DNA of 53,524 nt, taken from Promethearchaeota archaeon. GTDB lineage: Archaea > Asgardarchaeota > Lokiarchaeia > Sigyniarchaeales > SOKP01. Position 1 is the first letter of the stretch, and each line of letters starts with the position of its first letter. A model generated the notes under the pieces. It searched no databases. It worked only from the letters and a program-made list of their open reading frames with translations, and was not told the DNA's origin. A program made the position numbers and the translations under genes. This document shows positions 50,548 through 53,524 of the stretch, piece after piece. The stretch covers positions 1 to 53,524 of the forward strand of contig JAEOSU010000012.1 in the NCBI GenBank assembly GCA_016840165.1, in the 5' to 3' direction.

Positions 50548-51762
50548 ATGAGAAATAAAGATAAAATCAATCAAAAAAAAGGTATTTCCAATATTCGCAG
50601 AAGTCTTTTTAGAATCATTCGACAAATGAAAAAAGAATTCTTATTATTGTTTACTGACAAGTTTAATATGCTCCTTGCTATCGTAATTCCACCTTTAATA
50701 ATTTTATTATTTGGATTTATGATGAATGCAATTCCCGATACAATCCAACCTGTAGAGTGTGTTATAATTTCATATGATTCAAATGTTTATATTGATGAAA
50801 GTATGTTAAATGGTTCAGTAAGCAGTGATTATACACTTCCCTATGTCGATGCTGTAAATAAATCGGAGTATATGAATTTAGTTCAATTTTATAATGCTAC
50901 CGAGGATATTTATGCCATGGAAACCGCCAGAATGATGTTATTATCAAGTAATATTAAGGTTATTTTATCTCTACCTGTTGCTTTTTCAGAGTTTATAACT
51001 TTAGGATTACCAGGATTAATAGATTGTGTCCCAGACGCTTCAGATATAAAAAATATTCAAGATATATTAAATGCAGTTTACGATTCGGTTAAAATATTTG
51101 TAAATGATAATAATTTAACACCTCAGTTTGAATTAACTGGCTTCGAAGAATTTTCAATTCCTGAAGGATATAGTTTCCGATTTAATTATAACATCACATT
51201 AACCCTTTCATTTATTGTGTTTGGAGTTTCAATGGTGCTTACGATTCTGGTTGTTGTTCAAGAAAAACCAGTTGCTCGATTATTATTAACTCCCGCTAAA
51301 CGTTCGGAAATTCTTATTTCAAAATACTTAACCTATACTCTTATACTCATTCTACAAATTATTTTACTTATCATTAGTACTTTAATCTGTCGCCTTTATC
51401 TTGCTGGTAGTGTATTTGATTTATTTATAGCATTATTTAGTATAGGATTTACTGGTTTATCAATGGGCATCTTTATTAGCACACAAAGCAAAACTAAAAC
51501 AGAAGCAAATCAATTATTCTTTGCAATGTTTATAGTAATCTTATTGCTTAGTGGTATATTTATACCCATTGATGCTATGCCAATTTATTTACAAGTTATT
51601 GCATACATATTACCATTATCTCATGGTGATCCTATGATTCGAGGTATTATTACCAAAGGTAAATCAGTTTTTGGATTTGATTTCTTTGCTTTATTAATCC
51701 TAAGTATAGTATTAGTTACTATATCGTTCATCATCTTTAAACGAAGGAAGTATGAGGTCTGA
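50548..51762 (+). CDS. ABC-2 type transporter permease
   Basis: RLLLTP...ILISK and LLSGIFIP...LPLSH. Confidence 0.88.
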   Translation: MRNKDKINQKKGISNIRRSLFRIIRQMKKEFLLLFTDKFNMLLAIVIPPLIILLFGFMMNAIPDTIQPVECVIISYDSNVYIDESMLNGSVSSDYTLPYVDAVNKSEYMNLVQFYNATEDIYAMETARMMLLSSNIKVILSLPVAFSEFITLGLPGLIDCVPDASDIKNIQDILNAVYDSVKIFVNDNNLTPQFELTGFEEFSIPEGYSFRFNYNITLTLSFIVFGVSMVLTILVVVQEKPVARLLLTPAKRSEILISKYLTYTLILILQIILLIISTLICRLYLAGSVFDLFIALFSIGFTGLSMGIFISTQSKTKTEANQLFFAMFIVILLLSGIFIPIDAMPIYLQVIAYILPLSHGDPMIRGIITKGKSVFGFDFFALLILSIVLVTISFIIFKRRKYEV

Positions 51763-51769
51763 ATGAAAA

Positions 51770-51856
51770 ATGATAGATGAAAAAGCAGAGATAATGGTAG
51801 ATGTCAAAAATTTAAACGTAGTTTTTGATAAGAAACAAATTATTTATGACGTTTGA
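51770..51856 (+). pseudogene. 5' fragment (28 aa) of an ABC transporter ATPase, truncated before Walker A
   Basis: MIDEKAEIMVDVKNLNVVFDKKQIIYDV-stop is a typical ABC ATPase N-terminus, 7 nt after the permease stop. Confidence 0.75.
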
Positions 51857-51873
51857 GTCCTTGTAGACTCAAA
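51852..51873. repeat. 8-bp inverted repeat at the ABC ATPase breakpoint (possible element end or att site)
   Basis: TTTGAGTC-CTTGTA-GACTCAAA. Confidence 0.7.
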
Positions 51874-51920
51874 AAAATAATTTTTTATATTTGGTTTTAA
51901 TTCTTATTTCTTCCTTACAA

Positions 51921-52202
51921 CTATTCTAATCGCTTAATGAGGTTATAGGCCTTGAATCCAATAACCTCATCTTTTTTATTGGTTATTGGAACTCGAATAA
52001 CACTATCATCATCAACAGGGAACTCATCCTTTATTAATCGAGTCATTACGTCTTGCTTTATGATTTCGATATGTTCTCTTAGTAAATCTCTTAATGCACA
52101 TCGGATCACTTCAGATCTCGATGGATATAATACACCTAATAGCTTTTGTATCGCTATTAAATGACTCTCTGACACATTAACGGTCAATGCTTTCATTCCC
52201 AT
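51921..52202 (-). CDS. Ribbon-helix-helix regulator
   Basis: MKALTVNVSE.HL...LYPSRSEVIRCALRD. Confidence 0.82.
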   Translation of the reverse strand: MGMKALTVNVSESHLIAIQKLLGVLYPSRSEVIRCALRDLLREHIEIIKQDVMTRLIKDEFPVDDDSVIRVPITNKKDEVIGFKAYNLIKRLE

Positions 52203-52204
52203 TC

Positions 52205-52402
52205 TTATCCACTCTTCATTAATTTTAGTAAATCTTTTATATCATGAACATGCTTCAATTCTGGTTCGAGGAACTTTGTTAACGCTTGTCTTATTGCCTT
52301 ACTTCTACTTGGGAAGATCTCTGCTTCTGTTAGAATTTTTAACTCTTGAACGTAAAGCTCGGGAAGATTAATCGTTATTACTTGCATTTTCTTTTCCTCC
52401 AT
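52205..52402 (-). CDS. Ribbon-helix-helix regulator
   Basis: MQVITINLPE.Y...FPSRSKAIRQAL. Confidence 0.85.
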   Translation of the reverse strand: MEEKKMQVITINLPELYVQELKILTEAEIFPSRSKAIRQALTKFLEPELKHVHDIKDLLKLMKSG

Positions 52403-52689
52403 TTTTTTTAATATAAGTTTAATTTGATTTTATTTTTTGGACAACCAAAGGAGTTCTTTGATTGAGTACCAATTAAAAAGAAATTTTTAATTAGATCTCA
52501 TAAATGATTATAGAACGCTTTGATTTCGATTCCTTCATGATTTTCTCCAATCGGATTTTCGATTCTCCTTTTAGAGTTCGTCCATTATTTTCTTCTCAAG
52601 TATTTGGACTTTTGGTTCTATATCGAAATTGCTAACAGGTCTTGGAATACTAAGATGATGAAATGCTAGTGCTTTAAGACATTTTGGAC

Positions 52690-52799
52690 ATTCACAGTAT
52701 AGCCATTGCTTTTTGTTCGCTTTTCTATAAATTTCTCTTTTGCAGCTATTCTAGATTGTCATATATAGTAGTTCTTGGGATGTTCAGTTCCGCTTTTAG
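52690..52799 (-). pseudogene. Degenerate winged-HTH remnant
   Basis: LKAELNIPRTTIYDNLE*LQKR followed by an apparent frameshift to FIEKRTKSNG; no usable start codon. Confidence 0.4.
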
Positions 52800-53056
52800 A
52801 TTTAATCAATCAATGTCGCCATACTTTAAGAGAATTCAGACTTATATTTAAGTAATATGCAAATGTTCAAGCTTATTATGTTCAATACTATAAAACCTAT
52901 GTAATTGTTTAACTATAATTGATATAAAATAAATAATCGAAAGAAGAAACGTGTGAAATTTTGCCTAAAATGAACTATAGATTGAAAAATAGATGACAAA
53001 GATAAAGAGAAAAAAGAATAAAATTTAAATAAATATACTATCTCTTAACAATCAAC

Positions 53057-53506
53057 ATGAATCAATATGATATTCTTATTGTTGGAAATGGCATAACTAA
53101 CATACAAAAGCTTACTAACTACTTTGTTAATTATCAAAAGATCTATGGAAGTAATCATCGTATAACTTTTAAGGTTGTCGCAAATGGCAAAGAAGCATTA
53201 GAAGAACTAAATAATCCTCCTCAAATGATACTCATGAATACTGCAGACGGTTATGAACTATGTAAAACGATAAAATCAAATCCGAAAGGAAAAGATATCC
53301 CTATAATTTTACTAATTTCTGTTAATAGTTCTCGTTCTGAAGCAGAACAATATCTTACTGAAACAAGTGCAGAGGGTTATATTCTTCACCCTTATATTAT
53401 GGGGGATTTCCATAAAGTTATAGAAAAATACATTCTTTTCTTTGAAAAAGAAATTCCTGATCCGTATCTTCATAGAATATTAGGAGGAAATTTTGGAGAA
53501 TTTTAA
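53057..53506 (+). CDS. Atypical (pseudo-)receiver domain protein
   Basis: Receiver pattern (ILIV..., ANGKEALE, DGYELCK.IK..P....IPII.L, A.GYI..P), but the acidic pair, phospho-Asp and Lys appear replaced (GN, N, H). Confidence 0.75.
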   Translation: MNQYDILIVGNGITNIQKLTNYFVNYQKIYGSNHRITFKVVANGKEALEELNNPPQMILMNTADGYELCKTIKSNPKGKDIPIILLISVNSSRSEAEQYLTETSAEGYILHPYIMGDFHKVIEKYILFFEKEIPDPYLHRILGGNFGEF

Positions 53507-53524
53507 AAAAAAAATTAAAAAAAA

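Noticed and set aside
52571-52762. Possible pyrrolysine/TAG-readthrough Cys-rich ORF (MTI*NSCK...CECPKC)
   Set aside because: There is no supporting homology. The region overlaps a decayed wHTH remnant in another frame and looks degenerate.

Overview
AT-rich archaeal chromosomal window, most consistent with a Lokiarchaeota-type Asgard archaeon. The inference rests on a gelsolin-like domain, a longin/uDENN-like protein, tandem LRR proteins, expanded RHH regulators, methanogen-type mfnB/hdrA/mvhD genes and a eukaryote-like SECIS. Most of the window is housekeeping and metabolic genes: hisC, DNA ligase, AMP phosphorylase, pyrF, hisS, tRNA-His, hsp20 and ABC transporters. The ORF track misses three things. 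(1) A 31-nt intron (42052-42082, minus strand) with a canonical bulge-helix-bulge motif lies inside the first CxxCxxC Fe-S motif of an HdrD/GlcF-like protein-coding gene; cutting at the standard endonuclease positions restores the frame and the motif. (2) An hdrA-mvhD selenoprotein operon has four in-frame UGA codons at conserved Cys positions and one visible 3' SECIS-like hairpin. (3) There are two insertion scars: a GC-richer DUF4256-like gene bracketed by a 35-bp direct repeat, and an ABC ATPase gene cut off after 28 codons at a palindrome, followed by small regulator genes that look like the edge of an integrated element. All family assignments come from motif recognition by eye, not database searches.
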